Assembly (NCBI GenBank): GCA_002189035.1
Contig: NEEC01000018.1
Location: 806,001 to 870,000 of the forward strand
Source: Utricularia gibba
Taxonomy: Eukaryota; Plantae; Magnoliophyta
Direction: 5' to 3'
DNA: 64,000 nucleotides
Shown piece after piece: positions 1-12,465 of the stretch; within the stretch, counting starts at the first letter, position 1, and every line of letters starts with the position of its first letter. The notes under the pieces are model-generated. The model saw only the letters and a program-made list of their open reading frames with translations, did not search any database and was not told the DNA's origin. The position numbers and the translations under genes were made by a program.

Positions 1-2297
1 TGGATCAATCCTATGGGGTATATGTAACATGCTTTAAATATCTCTTCTCCCTCACTAACAGCTTTTGTGTCGATCACAAAAGTACACCTTGGATTTGACT
101 GAAGAAATTTCTCCCTATAATCTCTCAAACGACTAAACTGCTCCACACATCAACAAAAAATGATCTCTTTTGCCTTCTTGTGTGCTCGGTACAAAGTTAC
201 CTTATGAACATCCACGCTGATGGCATCAAAAACCTCCCGATGTAACTCTGAAACCATCATTGCTGGCTTTTGAATGAAACTCCGAAGGAATTTCCTAGCA
301 ATCCAACCAGATCTTACTTCACGATTTTTCCTAACATGGTGATAATCATCCTTGTGTCGTAGCTCCATATCAGACGTCAACCAAACATTATTGTATTTGT
401 AGCATGACAACAACACAAACCATGGACATCATTCTACTGGGTTTTGAGAGTTCTCCTGTGAAGAAAACAAATTTAAGGTCTAATATATGACTAATGTCAT
501 TGTTGTACATAGCAAACACAAACACATGTTACCTCCCCATCATTTGCTACATTTTTGCATGCCATATGCTTCTTACGAGTACTACATACAAACTTGAGAT
601 ATTGTGCATTATTTTTTGACACATAAAACTCAAACCCCTCTTCAATGCAAAAGTTGGTTAACGCAATCTTAGCCTCTGCCTTTTATGTAAATTGAATACT
701 CATCCTGCAAGCATTAATACAATAAAGATAAGAGCATCATATATACTACGGTTTCAGATTCATACGAATAGAAAAGTTGTACATTAAATCTTATTCTATC
801 AAATGTCCATCAGGCCGAAATGTGGGGTAATTCGGATCTGAGAATGAATTTATTTCATCAGCACCTCCCATATAAGGAATAATTTGTAGTTCACGTACAT
901 TCCAATCTTCCTCCTTGACAAGTTGCCACTCTTCAAAAGGAAGTTTCGAATTTGTATCATCCTCGCTCTAGTTGATGCCGTCATCGGTATTTCCAAAGTC
1001 ATCATTTTCAACAATAGGAATATCATTGATATCCTCATTTATTTGATACATTGTCGATAAAGAACCCCCTCACCTAAACATTATAGTAATTTCATAAACA
1101 CTATAAATGAAAATGAAATATCATAAACATTATAACCATCTCACTACTTAGATGATAGTGTTATGATAATCTAGCACGAAAAATAGGCATAAGCAAATAA
1201 GTAGAAAGAAATATGAAAGAAGCATAACATAGAACGGTTGGTTGTATATAACAACAGTGGAAAATGAGACTTTATTGCTACAAAATGAGTTTCATACCTC
1301 AAGTGTGGTACATGATTGAGTAGTGGAATCCCTATTGCAAAAAGAAAAAAAATGCAATTCATATCTACATAAGGTTAATGAAAAAAAATTGATCTTTAGT
1401 CATACTTTGACCATCAATTTCAGGAACAAAATAAAAACAATATCATAATATCATCAAATATTTCTTTAAGAAATCAAATAATCACTTGGTATGATAAACT
1501 GATGGATTTAACAGTATATGGGTAACTTCTTCAAACTAACTCATACTAAAGAAAAGAACAAATCTTTATAGATGAGTAACAACCTACACATGAAAAGCAT
1601 TCCAATGGAATTTGCATTTCTATAAAAATGAACAAACACGAGAAGACATTTTTCTTAACATTCATGAATGCACAATGCTCACAAAAGATGCACCACTGAG
1701 TTAAAACCCTAAAAATCGAAGCCTTTTAATACTCCAGGGCAGGGCGACGCGATTTTGAAGTTGTTGTCTTCTTTGTACATCTATCTTTTACCAAGCTTTC
1801 ATGGATGGATTGAATGGGAATGGGAGGGAGACAACGGCAATTGTATATGTGAAGTAAATGCATCAAATTTAATCGGCCAAATTTGGGCTTTCAGATTCAA
1901 TTAGGGAACCTAAATCTTAATAAAATCAAAAACATATTCTATGATTATCTTAATTGTGTTTTGAAATTTTTGTGTGCCAATCTATAATATAGCTATCAAA
2001 TAAGAATAGTTTCGTATTTTTTAGATATCGTATGAATTTTTTAAAAATCAAAGACCAAAACTGAAACTTTTAAAAGGTGATGCACTATTTTAATTAATTT
2101 CAAAACGTGATGTTTTAGAAATGCAATATCTGAAATGTGATATTTGTGTTGAGTAATTTTCAAAACGTGATGTTTTGTTTAAGTAACTTTAAAAATTTAA
2201 CGAATCAATTCTCTAATTTTATTAACGTGATAAACTAGTATCGAAAAAATTTATAATGTGATGAACTCAAAGTGAACATGTTCCTTTATTAATTTCC
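1..2297 (-). mobile_element. Decayed MuDR/Mutator element, cut off by the window start
   Basis: ORF 150..416 (-) reads VRSGWIARKFLRSFIQKPAMMVSELHREV...VTLYRAHKKAKE, typical of the MuDR transposase segment upstream of the DDE core, and is surrounded by stops. Repeated TTTCAAAACGTGATGTTTT motifs (~2098 and ~2158) and a GGAAATTAAT-like end near 2297 resemble a MULE TIR. Confidence 0.65.
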
Positions 2298-2580
2298 TTT
2301 TCCAAAAACTTTTTTTAATTCACTATTACAACAGAGCTTTCTTTATTTTGCCTCAATGTTGATATGATTGATTACTTTTGTCAAAGTGGTGTTTCATGCA
2401 GGGACAGAATTGTCGATCCAGTAACGAGTTTAGACAAGCGATAAGTACGTCCTGTCATCTTCCTCCATTTCTGGACTCAGTCGCAGGCCAAATCAGTAGC
2501 CGAGGTGTCTTGAGAGTTGAGACAAGACAATCTTCCATGCACCGCCCTTCTTTCTCTGCTGAAACACTCCATCACAACCT

Positions 2581-2703
2581 GGGCCTCAGGCCCATACGCA
2601 GTACCGTTCACAGGCTCAGTTGGTGACCATCTTATAACCAGTTCCACGACATATAGGATAGGACCCTTGAATTATTTCAGCGTTTAAGACAGGTTTAGGG
2701 TTT
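2581..2703 (+). promoter_or_regulatory. Site II (GGGCC/GGCCCA) plus telo-box upstream of the RRM gene
   Basis: gggcctcaggcccat at 2581-2595 and ttagggtttt (reverse complement AAAACCCTAA) at ~2695-2704. This motif pairing is established in plant promoters active in proliferating cells. Confidence 0.4.
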
Positions 2704-3009
2704 TCGAAAAATCAGAAAGTTCGTGAAAATAATTATGATTTTTTGTTTTGTAAGCTCAGCATGGTTGGGCGTTAGTGTGGTCTATTTGTACATATCTGCG
2801 AATATAATATCCCTTCCCTTCACGAATTTATTATTAGTGTGGAACAGGGCAGCCATGATGGCTTGCTTGTGTGAAGAAGAAATGGGAGGCGAAGAGGAGC
2901 CAAGAGAGCGGTTTTTGTAAATAAGGCAGCTGTCATCGAAGAAACACAAGGCCTGACGCTTTCTTACATACAGCAAACAAGAGTTTGCGATTGTCGGATT
3001 CCACTATCT

Positions 3010-3055
3010 CCCTGTCTCCCCCCCTCTCCCTCTCTCTCTCTCCCTCTCTCTCTCT
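3010..3055. repeat. CT-rich microsatellite (GAGA-type element) in the RRM gene 5' region
   Basis: Imperfect (CT)n tract read directly from the sequence. Confidence 0.7.
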
Positions 3056-3142
3056 CGCTACAACTCTTCTTTTCTTCTCAGGGAGGAATGGGATCCGGGG
3101 GGGCGCTCATTTCCCTTCTCTGAAACCTACCGGAATGCTGCA

Positions 3143-4789
3143 ATGGCTGCTCACCGCCATTACCGATCTCCCTTCGGCGACACCACCCACACCAAGGTCT
3201 TCGTCGGAGGTCTCGCCTGGGAGACTCCCACGGAGGTAATGCGAGATTACTTCCAGCAATTCGGAGACATTCTCGAAGCCGTGATTATCAACGACAAGTC
3301 CACCGGGAAATCCAAAGGATACGGATTTGTAAGCTTAATACCCCACCCCACCCCACCCCACTCTCCGCCTGCAATTTCGAATGTCTCTGTAATTAGTGAG
3401 ATTACATTCTTTCACAGGTCACCTTTAAAGATCCTGAATCTGCCACTAGAGCTTGCGCCGATCCCAATCCGGTGATCGACGGCCGGCGGGCCAATTGCAA
3501 CATTGCCTCCTTGGGCCGGCCACGACCGCGAGGTGACTGTTTTTTTCCGCTTCTTTTTGCATTATTTCGGATGATTCATATTTTAAATATTGAGCATGTT
3601 TTTATTGATTTTGAGAAATGTATTATCATATGGGTGGTTTTCGGAGCTGGAAAGTAAACAATGGGCGTGGGAATAAAATAACCTGCTTTCGTTTTTGTGA
3701 TGAATAAAAAAAAATAGGAGCAGGAGCCACTCAAGTTAGGAGTGTGCAAGCAGTAACACCGCCGTACACGTCATTACGGCCGCTTCCTCCACCGCCGCCG
3801 CTGATTTACCGGCCATACGGGTATGTTTCCTTTTCGGTTGTAATCTCTGGGAATGTGGAGGAGAGTGTTTGTTTTCATGTCCAGGCTTCACCTGGACTGG
3901 GTTCTCCCTGTTAAACCCGGAGAAACAACCCAACCCGGCTGCCGGAACCTGTCCTTAGAAAACTGGTTAGGCAAAAACCCGACCTCTGACCAAGAGCTTG
4001 TTAAATATTGGATGAACCCACCAGGTCCAGGTTGTTACCGCTGATTCTAAAACAGAACAGTGATGTGGAGAGAACTGAATTGGGAAAAAGGGGGGTGTTG
4101 AATAGAATTGAATGCAATCGGTCAATAAGCACATGGGGAGCAGTAAATGAGTAACGATTTCTAGCATCCCCATTGGCCCCGTCCTTGTTACCTGAAAACA
4201 CTATAAAAAAAAGAAAAAAAAAAAAACTCCGGCGGAGGTCTCCATTTCTTTCTCAGCGTGTACTTTTTTACCGTCAATGTGTATTTTCTTTTGCCTGCAC
4301 TGATAATGATCATACATGATGCTGGTTTGTGTGTCAAATTATTCACCGGTGGCAGGTATTCAGCATACACGCACTACCCCCAGGTACAGCGTTGTTTTCA
4401 TTTACCCACTCACTGCAAATGAACAGCCATGGCCCTTTGCTACTCTACTCATTCATGTGTTATTTATTCTTGGAATATTGCGCGCAGCAGTGCAGTCACA
4501 TCTACGGGCCCCCGTCTCCCTCCTCTCCAGCCTTGGGGAGCCCTTACTTCTACGGCTACTCCATACAGTCACCCAGGGGGAGCTTCCCTCCCCGTCTCCA
4601 CGCGCCGCCGTACGTGCTCCCCCCGCCACCCCTCCCTTTCTCTCCTCCCCACCAGTACGTCCTCCCATCGGGTAAACTCTCCTTCCCAGTCAATACACTT
4701 GATGTCGAATTCACAATCTAAATAAGAAACACACATATGCATGCGATGATAAATGGATCCGAACAGGACCCCTACCAGTAACTGGTTAG
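3143..4789 (+). CDS. RRM RNA-binding protein, RBM24/RBM38 (SEB4)-like, ~212 aa
   Basis: Exons 3143-3328, 3418-3532, 3718-3820, 4356-4383, 4488-4671 and 4767-4789 are all GT-AG and total 639 nt in frame. RNP2 KVFVGGL, RNP1 KGYGFVTF and the family signature [23 protein letters not shown] are present, followed by a Pro/Tyr-rich tail. The last two exon boundaries are less certain. Confidence 0.9.
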
Positions 4790-7349
4790 TAAATGCAACC
4801 ATTTCTTGGTTTCTTTCTTTTTTCCCTGAAACCACTAAGTGGGGCTGGGGAGGGGAGGGGAGGGGCGGTCAACATGAAGACCGACCGACCGGAATAATAT
4901 TTCGGATAACTGAAGGGCGTAGCATACATACATGTGTAGCCATGTGAGGTCTGAGCCAATCATTCAAGTCTAAGCAGATGACCGGCTCCCCTTCCCCTCC
5001 CCTCCTAAGTTGTCGCCGGCACGTGCCTGTGACAGCTTGTCACGTGCATTCCGGATCTTGTTTTTTTTCTTCTTTTAATATACACCACTAATTAATTAAT
5101 CATTTTAACTAATTTTTTTTGTCTTGTTGGTTATTAAATATTATTATTTTAATGTTCTAATTAATTATCAGATCCCGCGCCTGTTTCTCAAAGCCAAACG
5201 GAAGCCAGGGCCGTGTCGGTTGCCTCCACGACATCGTCATCTTCTCCTGCTTAAGCAGCTCCTCCAACAAAAAATAATTCATTTAATTTTTTTTCAAAAA
5301 TAATTCATTTAATTACATCAACATTCCTCATTTCTTGTTGACTCTCATTTCATGTATGTATCTTATTGAAGTATTTTTATGAAATATTCGTCTTTAAATA
5401 ATGTAACACTGGATTTATGCCATTTATCTTTTTCTTGAGTTTATCTTTTATATTAAATAACATATTAAATTGATCACATATTATTAGGTTATGCACCACA
5501 TAAAATAGTATAGTATTGTTTGTCAACAATATGATCAACTGTTTTCAACTGGTATTGTTCTTTCCCCCACAACCAAGAAAATGTTGTTATTAATATGATG
5601 TTCCAAAATATCTTTTTTTATATGACAGATAATATAAAAAATTTGATATTGTTTCTAAAATCTTATACAAAATATGTGACTTATGTTGTATTAAAACTAT
5701 TAAAAAATGGAAAAAAAACTATTGAATTTGTATATAAAATATTTCTTTGAAATTATTAAATAAATCGAGCACTTTATAATGATTCATGCCTAATTTAAAT
5801 TAGATTGATGAGTTCAGTAAAAAAATAATACAATTATCATTATGACTCATTGTGGGAATAATGACGTTAAAAAGAGGTTTAAGGTATTAATTTCTTTCTT
5901 GGGTGGGGCTTAGGAAAATTAGCATAATACTAAAAAACTTTTAAAAATAATTTTAAAATACATTAAATTTTATTTATCTTACAAATTATCTTAATGTTTA
6001 AGATTAATTTGCAAAATACCTCAGCTTTTAATTTAATTTATAAAATACTTTATTTTTCATTCATTTTTACCCTAAAAAATGTGATCAAATGTTTTCGTAT
6101 ATATGATTGATACCGAATTTAAGGTTTGATACCGAGTTTAGGATCAGCATACAGATATAGCCGAATATTAAAAAAGGTTACATTTTTTAGCTGTCATGGA
6201 ACATTACAGGAAGTTGAAGTAAATTGGATAAATTTTAAAAGATAAAAATTCAAAAAATGGATATAAGAGAGGTAGAAGGGGAATATTTATAATCATTGAC
6301 TTGATAAACAAATAAAATACACTTATAAATCCATTTTTTCCCATTGTGTTTGTTTTTAAATATTTTTTTTATCATTTTTCTTCTTCCTATTCATAATATT
6401 ATCAATATTATATATTAAACTAAAATAAAACTACATATTTAATGTATTAAAATGAATACTTATAATAAATTATCAATAAAATAGGAATAAACTTAAATTA
6501 TAAAAAAATAAATACTTAAGATAAATTACTCATAATCATGTAAAATAATAGTGAATTCGATAAAAAAAATAATTAAGGTAAATTATCAATAAGATAAATT
6601 TCTAATAAAAAAATAAATAGAGGTAAATTATCATATTTATATATGTAATATTAATAAAAATAGTCAGAGAAGGTACTTTAACAAAAGTAGTAATCATATG
6701 TAGAGACATGCTAGGATGAGATGGACTCAATTGACTAGTGTCCAGCTGTTAGAATCTGATCGGCGGAAGTGTCGAGGCTAAGGTAATTTATGTCCCCCTA
6801 GTTTATTTCAAAGGTGAATTCAAAAAATTCAAAAAAAATGGATTAGTGCCTTACCAATTTATTTCTTCCATTTTTTATAAGTATACTAAATTGAGCAAAT
6901 GCCACCTTTTATTGCATAAAAATAAATAATAAAAATAACCAAAAGTTTGTCAATTATCAATTATGGGCCAAGGATATGTTGATTGAGAGTGTTTTGTGTA
7001 ACTTATGTATAACTGACTTTATTAGTACAAGTGATTGTAAGTAAAATTGATAAATGAGGAATGTTTAGTGAATAAAAAACATTTATGCGGTTAAATGTTA
7101 TATTTGCCCCTATTATTATGCTTATACATATACCATAATAAATCAATTCATTAATCATAATATCATTTTAATTGAAAATATGTTGGTGTTTAATTAATTA
7201 ATTTAATTTAATCCATTTAAAATCATTCAGCAACTTATTTAGTGACGTGAACCGAGTGAAAGTTCAATATTGAGAGTATGGTGTATCTCAAACTATAATA
7301 TTGCTGTCAAACTTCTGTGGGTTTAAGAAGAAATATGAAATTCTCACCT

Positions 7350-8413
7350 TGCTACTTTTGGGATCTATTAGAAATGCGGCTATTCCTCTTTAATTGTGTT
7401 ACAAAAATGGTCACCCTCAATTAAAAAATTTTGACTCAGTGTATAAGAAAGAATGGAAGAGTGACCACATTTGTAAATGATCCCTACATCTGTCCCTTTC
7501 CCGACTTGTGTTGGATTAGAGTTACTCCAACCAACAGATGGAGGAAAAAGAAAAACTTGAGGCGTGTATGAATTACAATGAACGTAAGAGATTATTTTGA
7601 GAAAGATCTAATGATTTCACAGAGTTCAAGAAGCTCATCAACCCATATTGGAATCATGAGAAATGAGATATTTATGAAGATGAAACCACCTATTGCATAC
7701 AAACAATCATGACTCTTTGCATTCTAAAAATTATAATTTTTAAACCTTTCAATGAATGTTGGAGTTTCACAACAATCTCATTCATAATGCTCAAACATTT
7801 AAATTCAAAATACTTCATTAGTGTTCCAATGTAATTGCTCCCCCAGAATCAAAGAGCCTTTTATTCCATGTATCTATGCTGAAGGGAAAGATCAAGTCAA
7901 AATATGCTAATGCAATTCCGGGTAGTGAACCTGCATTTTTAGAAGATGGTTCGTTTAAGGTTGAATCAACTCAGATTTTGTCTCATCGGGTTGTTCATGG
8001 GAAGAACGGACCCAAAATTGTGTCTTAATAGAAAGCTCAAACTCTAAGTAGGGCAAACTACTTGAAAAAATTTGCATACTTTGAATGTTGGCTTTCCTCA
8101 TTTTAATCCTTGGGGACAAGGATCATCTTGTGAAGATGTTATGAGTCCAAGAAAGTAGAGAATTAAGTGGAAGAAGTTATCATCAAGGATCAAGGGAGTT
8201 CTAGAGGAGCACACAACTACAATTGGGTCAGCAAAAGCCTGAGAATGATATAAATAGTAGATGACATAGAAAAAATGAGGATAGGAAAATGATTATCTAC
8301 CTCTCTTACTAGTCCTTGGTCTGGTGTTACTCTTGTTTGTCAGTGTGTTTGATTGTGGCTGATTTGATTATCTTTTATTGTAGGATGATTTGATTTGTTT
8401 CTCTGGATCATCA
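7350..8413 (+). mobile_element. Decayed Ty3/gypsy chromovirus (Reina-like) pol 3' end plus 3' LTR
   Basis: An LFHVSMLK (GPY/F-type) remnant lies at ~7861-7885. FPHFNPWGQGS at ~8093-8125 is the typical chromodomain end. The putative LTR starts TGTTAT at 8137, contains TATAAATAG at ~8249 and ends near ATCATCA at 8413. The region has many stops and frameshifts. Confidence 0.7.
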
Positions 8414-9074
8414 TTCGAAGAAAATAGCATATGCCCAACAAATCATGGGTAAAGGTTATGTGTGTTGGAACACTGAAGCCAGCATCATCTGCCGGAACAC
8501 TATCCAGATCAGCGCAGATTTGTCAGAGTTGAGATGATCAAAAATTACTTATGATCCATAATTTTTTTAGTCTTCCTTTCTTCTATCTAGTTTGTTAAAA
8601 TTGTTTAGTCTTGGTTATTTATGTGTATGGTGTTTGTAAGCATTCTTCTTTAGTTCCTTCTTGCATTTATTTGTCCAAATTCCTCTTTGTCTCAAATTTT
8701 CACACACCTGCATTTTTTTCATCCCTTCTAAAGCACAAAACTCTATTGCATGCATCTTGTTCCATTTGGTCATGAACAGCCTCCAATCATTAGAACAATC
8801 CTTGCACACAATTAGTGAAGGCTACTGATAACCATGGTGTTGTTTCAACAACATGCTGTGAAACTCTGAGAAGGCCCTTGAGATTGTTGACAAGGACCTG
8901 GTAATCAATCTGTCTTCTCCATGCTCCCGATACTGGAAATTGGATCGTTTGTAAGAGATTTTTCTGATAAAGAACCATTAAATATCAATGGTGTATTGCC
9001 CAAAGCAAAGGTTGAAGAAGATGATACAGATGAAGATTCACTTGGCAAAAGCATTTTTCTGTTTCAAGTATGTA

Positions 9075-9428
9075 TGTTACGAGCCCCTGGAAGAAAAGAA
9101 TTAAGAAGAAGTTATCATCAAAGTTCAAGTGAATTCTATAGGAGTATGCTACTACAATTGGGCCCAAGAACAACGAATGCTGATTGATGGAAATGAATAG
9201 CCAACGACAAAGGAAAATGGACAAGAAAAAAGTATTCTCTTTATACTCCTCATTCTTCTTTCTTTTCCTTACTTGTTCTACTTCACCTTCCCTGTGGGTT
9301 TGAAGGTTGTTGTTGTGGTTTGGATCTTGGCATTTATTGTCTGTGTTGAATAGGTTTGCTTCTTCAGATTGTTGTTGCTGCAATCTCAATCAAGTTTTAT
9401 TATTGCTGCTAGTTTTTTGTCGGTAACA
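9075..9428 (+). mobile_element. Solo LTR (354 bp), related to the LTR at 8137
   Basis: Termini are TGTTAC...GTAACA, a perfect 6-bp inverted pair. Flanks ATGTA/AAGTA match at 4 of 5 positions as a TSD. The first ~90 bp align by eye with 8137 onward (gaagaagttatcatcaa...ttcta.aggag...actacaattggg). Confidence 0.75.
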
Positions 9429-11199
9429 AAGTAATACAACATATATGAGGTTTTTGGCTGGTCGGTTCATGCAGAGGGAAAGTCATGGTCTTGCCAACAA
9501 AACCGAAGAAAAGAGATGCCCGAGGAGAGGAAAATGCTGAGAAAGTAGTGCATTGCTATGCGGTTAGAATTTTATTTCAAGTGTATTGTTATTTTGAATG
9601 CAACTCCCAAATTTCTTGGTAAAAGATTGTTTGAACGCCTTAAGCAAGGAGAGTTCAGCCAGACTATCATTACCAGAAGAACAATGAACTCCTTGATAAA
9701 GAGACTGGAAAACCAGATGTAGAGTAAGAGGTAGCGCATCAAGGCTTTCCTTTTATTATCCTTTGTTAGTTTTGGCTTTGAATTTTTCATTTTCTTACTG
9801 GCTTGTTTTATTTTTTATTTTTTATTTTTTATTTTTTTGAGGATCTAGAGGAAGAGAAATAGTGAGGATTTCGGAGATATGTTCCCAGGAGTGGACAATG
9901 AAAATGGTGATTGTTTTAGTAACCTTATCAAATTGTCTCTCCCAGATTAAACTGATGAAGCAGAGGAACGAAGTGTTGTATTCAGTAAGCGAAGTCACAC
10001 AACACGTTGAGGGTGGTGATATGCTTCTATTTCCCATAATCCCTTTTTCATTGCCTCTGCATCAGTTTGAAGAGGAGTAGGATCCACCAAAGGGGGCAAT
10101 TGAAAACGTTTTCAGTCAGCAACACTGAACTGAACCAACTCAGATGGGGTATACCCAGTCCCAGACATGGTGCATGGAGCTCACGGTTTTGGAAACCAAA
10201 CCAGTTCAGTGTCTCTGAAAGGCAGTGGGCGCTCAATGTAGCGAATACGAGGCCAAGTTTGATGTGCTTGCGAGGTGAATAACTTGACCAAGGGCCGTGT
10301 TATAAATGGGGTATGCACACCCTAAAATAAAGTAATATTGGCGATGGATGTGATGCTTTCCACCCTGTACAACACAGATCGACTTAACAAAATGGATTAG
10401 CCAATTCAATACCGACGACACTTTCCACCACAAAACTTGTCTGTTCTGTTTTGATTTTCAAAGTGGTTACTACACATTTCCAAACGAATTGACAACACCC
10501 ACCTGGTTCAGGAGAAAAAACAACCAAAACAAAAAAGCAGTCCAAGCTGCAAGAGAGAAGCAGTGCGCTTTACTCAGTCAAAGGGGCTAGGAAATGTAGC
10601 ATACCATATGGGGAGAAGGTTTAGGGCAGTAAGAAGCCTTCCAATCAGCAAAATGCTGCAGCTAGAAAAGAGGTCATTGCAACACGCATCGTCTCTGAAC
10701 AAGACAAACAACACAAGGAATCAAGACCTTCAACCTCCTCAACAAGAAACATTAATGGAGTCAAGAAGACCGTCGGTCCCCCATAGTTGGGTAACGGTAA
10801 AAAAGGTGGAAACATCACCACTGCGGTGATGAAGAGGAAGGAGAATCCTGGGCTTTTCGCAGACTAGCTGACAGGTTCTAGCTAAATACTGTCACATGGA
10901 ATGAATTTTCATTGTTTCAGCTATGATGAAGTAAAGATATCATAACAAATGAAGATCAATGTTTCAACAAAAGACTCAAATTTTGCTGGATTTTCTGTAT
11001 ATTGTGCTACTGTGTGAACCACAAATACATACAGCAAGCTTTTGACGGATCTCGTAGGCCATGGAGCAGAGCAATCACGCAGTCCCAAAAGAATTTACAA
11101 AATGATTTGACATAGTTTTACCACTACAGTGAACTGAAAGATGGCAAAAAAAAAAAAAAGGACGAATCCTAGCGAACTTACCTTTGTGAGCGAAGCTCC

Positions 11200-12135
11200 T
11201 CAATTCCCCTTCAGCCGTGGGCTGGAAAGAGGTACAGTCGGTGACAAGGGTAGCGGCGGCAGACCAGTTGGTGATAGCAGAAAACTCGATCCTATTCCAT
11301 ATGGCGACTGAGCACAGCCGAATGGCACAGGGGAAAGCGGCAACGGCGGAAAAGAGGCAGACGGCGGCGGCTGCTGTTGCTGGGAGGCAACATCCTGGGG
11401 CTGTGAATGCGTCGATGGTTGTCCGACGGTGCTCCCTTGCGGTGAAGGTAGAGATGAAGTATATGGGCTCAGAAAGCGCAGGTAACTCGAGATAGAAGAC
11501 TCCAAGGGCGGTAGCGGCAAAGCACGGGGAAGTCGCTGACCGAAATCGTTTTGATTGAGCAAAGAATCAGGACGGGGGCCTAGAGGCGGGATGCCGCTCC
11601 AGACGGCTGAAGGAGCCGGCAAGGAATTGGAGCTCTTCAAAAACCGCATGTAAGCAGAGATTGGCGATTCCGCCGCAATGTGAACAGACGGCAATGGCGG
11701 AAGCATCTGCTGCCCCTGGCTCTGCGCCGACGCCTCCGTCGGGATGAGCTGTGTGAGTGGAGGGCGGCTACTAATCTGGGACAGCGGGGGCGGGCGAATC
11801 CTCTGGAGCCGGGAACTAGGACCCCTGGTCTGCGTGCCCGTCGATTGAGACAGCGGCGTCGGCACGGGCTGGCGCTCGTTCGCAGGCGAGCCCGTGAGTT
11901 TCTGAACAACATCGCGGAAGTCATTCTTATTGATGTTGTACACAGGCGGCTGCTGCGATTGAGGACCCGGGTTCTGCGAATTCGGATCCACAACCGCAGG
12001 CGGCGGCGGAGGCAGAGGCTTCCTCACCGGCTTCGCTATCCGGTGGGAATTCTTATTGAGATGCTTCAAAAACACGTCGCCCCGGCTGCTGCTACTGCTT
12101 CCTCCATCGCTCTCGCTTCCCAATCCTCTATCCAT
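11200..12135 (-). CDS. VQ9: VQ motif-containing protein 9-like, intronless, ~311 aa
   Basis: Within ORF 11200..12144 the first ATG is at 12135. It contains PPVYNINKNDFRDVVQKLTGSP (FxxxVQxLTG), SSRLQRIRPPPL, VHIAAESPISAYMRFL and a C-terminal PLSPTVPLSSPRLKG, all matching the VQ9 subgroup. Confidence 0.92.
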   Translation of the reverse strand: MDRGLGSESDGGSSSSSRGDVFLKHLNKNSHRIAKPVRKPLPPPPPAVVDPNSQNPGPQSQQPPVYNINKNDFRDVVQKLTGSPANERQPVPTPLSQSTGTQTRGPSSRLQRIRPPPLSQISSRPPLTQLIPTEASAQSQGQQMLPPLPSVHIAAESPISAYMRFLKSSNSLPAPSAVWSGIPPLGPRPDSLLNQNDFGQRLPRALPLPPLESSISSYLRFLSPYTSSLPSPQGSTVGQPSTHSQPQDVASQQQQPPPSASFPPLPLSPVPFGCAQSPYGIGSSFLLSPTGLPPLPLSPTVPLSSPRLKGN

Positions 12136-12438
12136 AAAACCCAAATCACCGATTCTTGTCCCGCGACTCCTAATTTCAAAAGCCCTAGCTCTGCTCCTTG
12201 GGGGTGTGCACTACGCACAAAGAGAGTGCAAGAACGATGGGGGACTCCCTGTGCAGTGGAGTGGTACCTCCCTTTTCAAGGGGCGTGCATCGGCAGTTGT
12301 ACGGGACGTTGTTGGTGTGGTATCTTGGACCGGTATCCGGTCAACGTTGAGGATAGGGATTAATGCACCAATTATTAATGCACGTTAATCATCTCCATTG
12401 AATTTAATAAACATGTGGTCGCCCACGTTTCTTGCAGT

Positions 12439-12465
12439 AAAAAAAAAAAAAAAAAAAAAAAAAAA
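12439..12465. repeat. Poly(A) run (27 nt) upstream of VQ9
   Basis: Read directly from the sequence. Confidence 0.9.

Noticed and set aside
5009-5048. Paired CACGTG boxes forming a small palindrome downstream of the RRM gene
   Set aside because: The stem is short and imperfect, and G-boxes are self-palindromic, so the symmetry is expected.
11217-12388. Long alternative-frame and antisense ORFs over VQ9 (e.g. 11680..12363, 227 aa)
   Set aside because: These are shadows of a GC-rich, Pro/Ser-rich CDS, start at non-ATG codons and show no domain.
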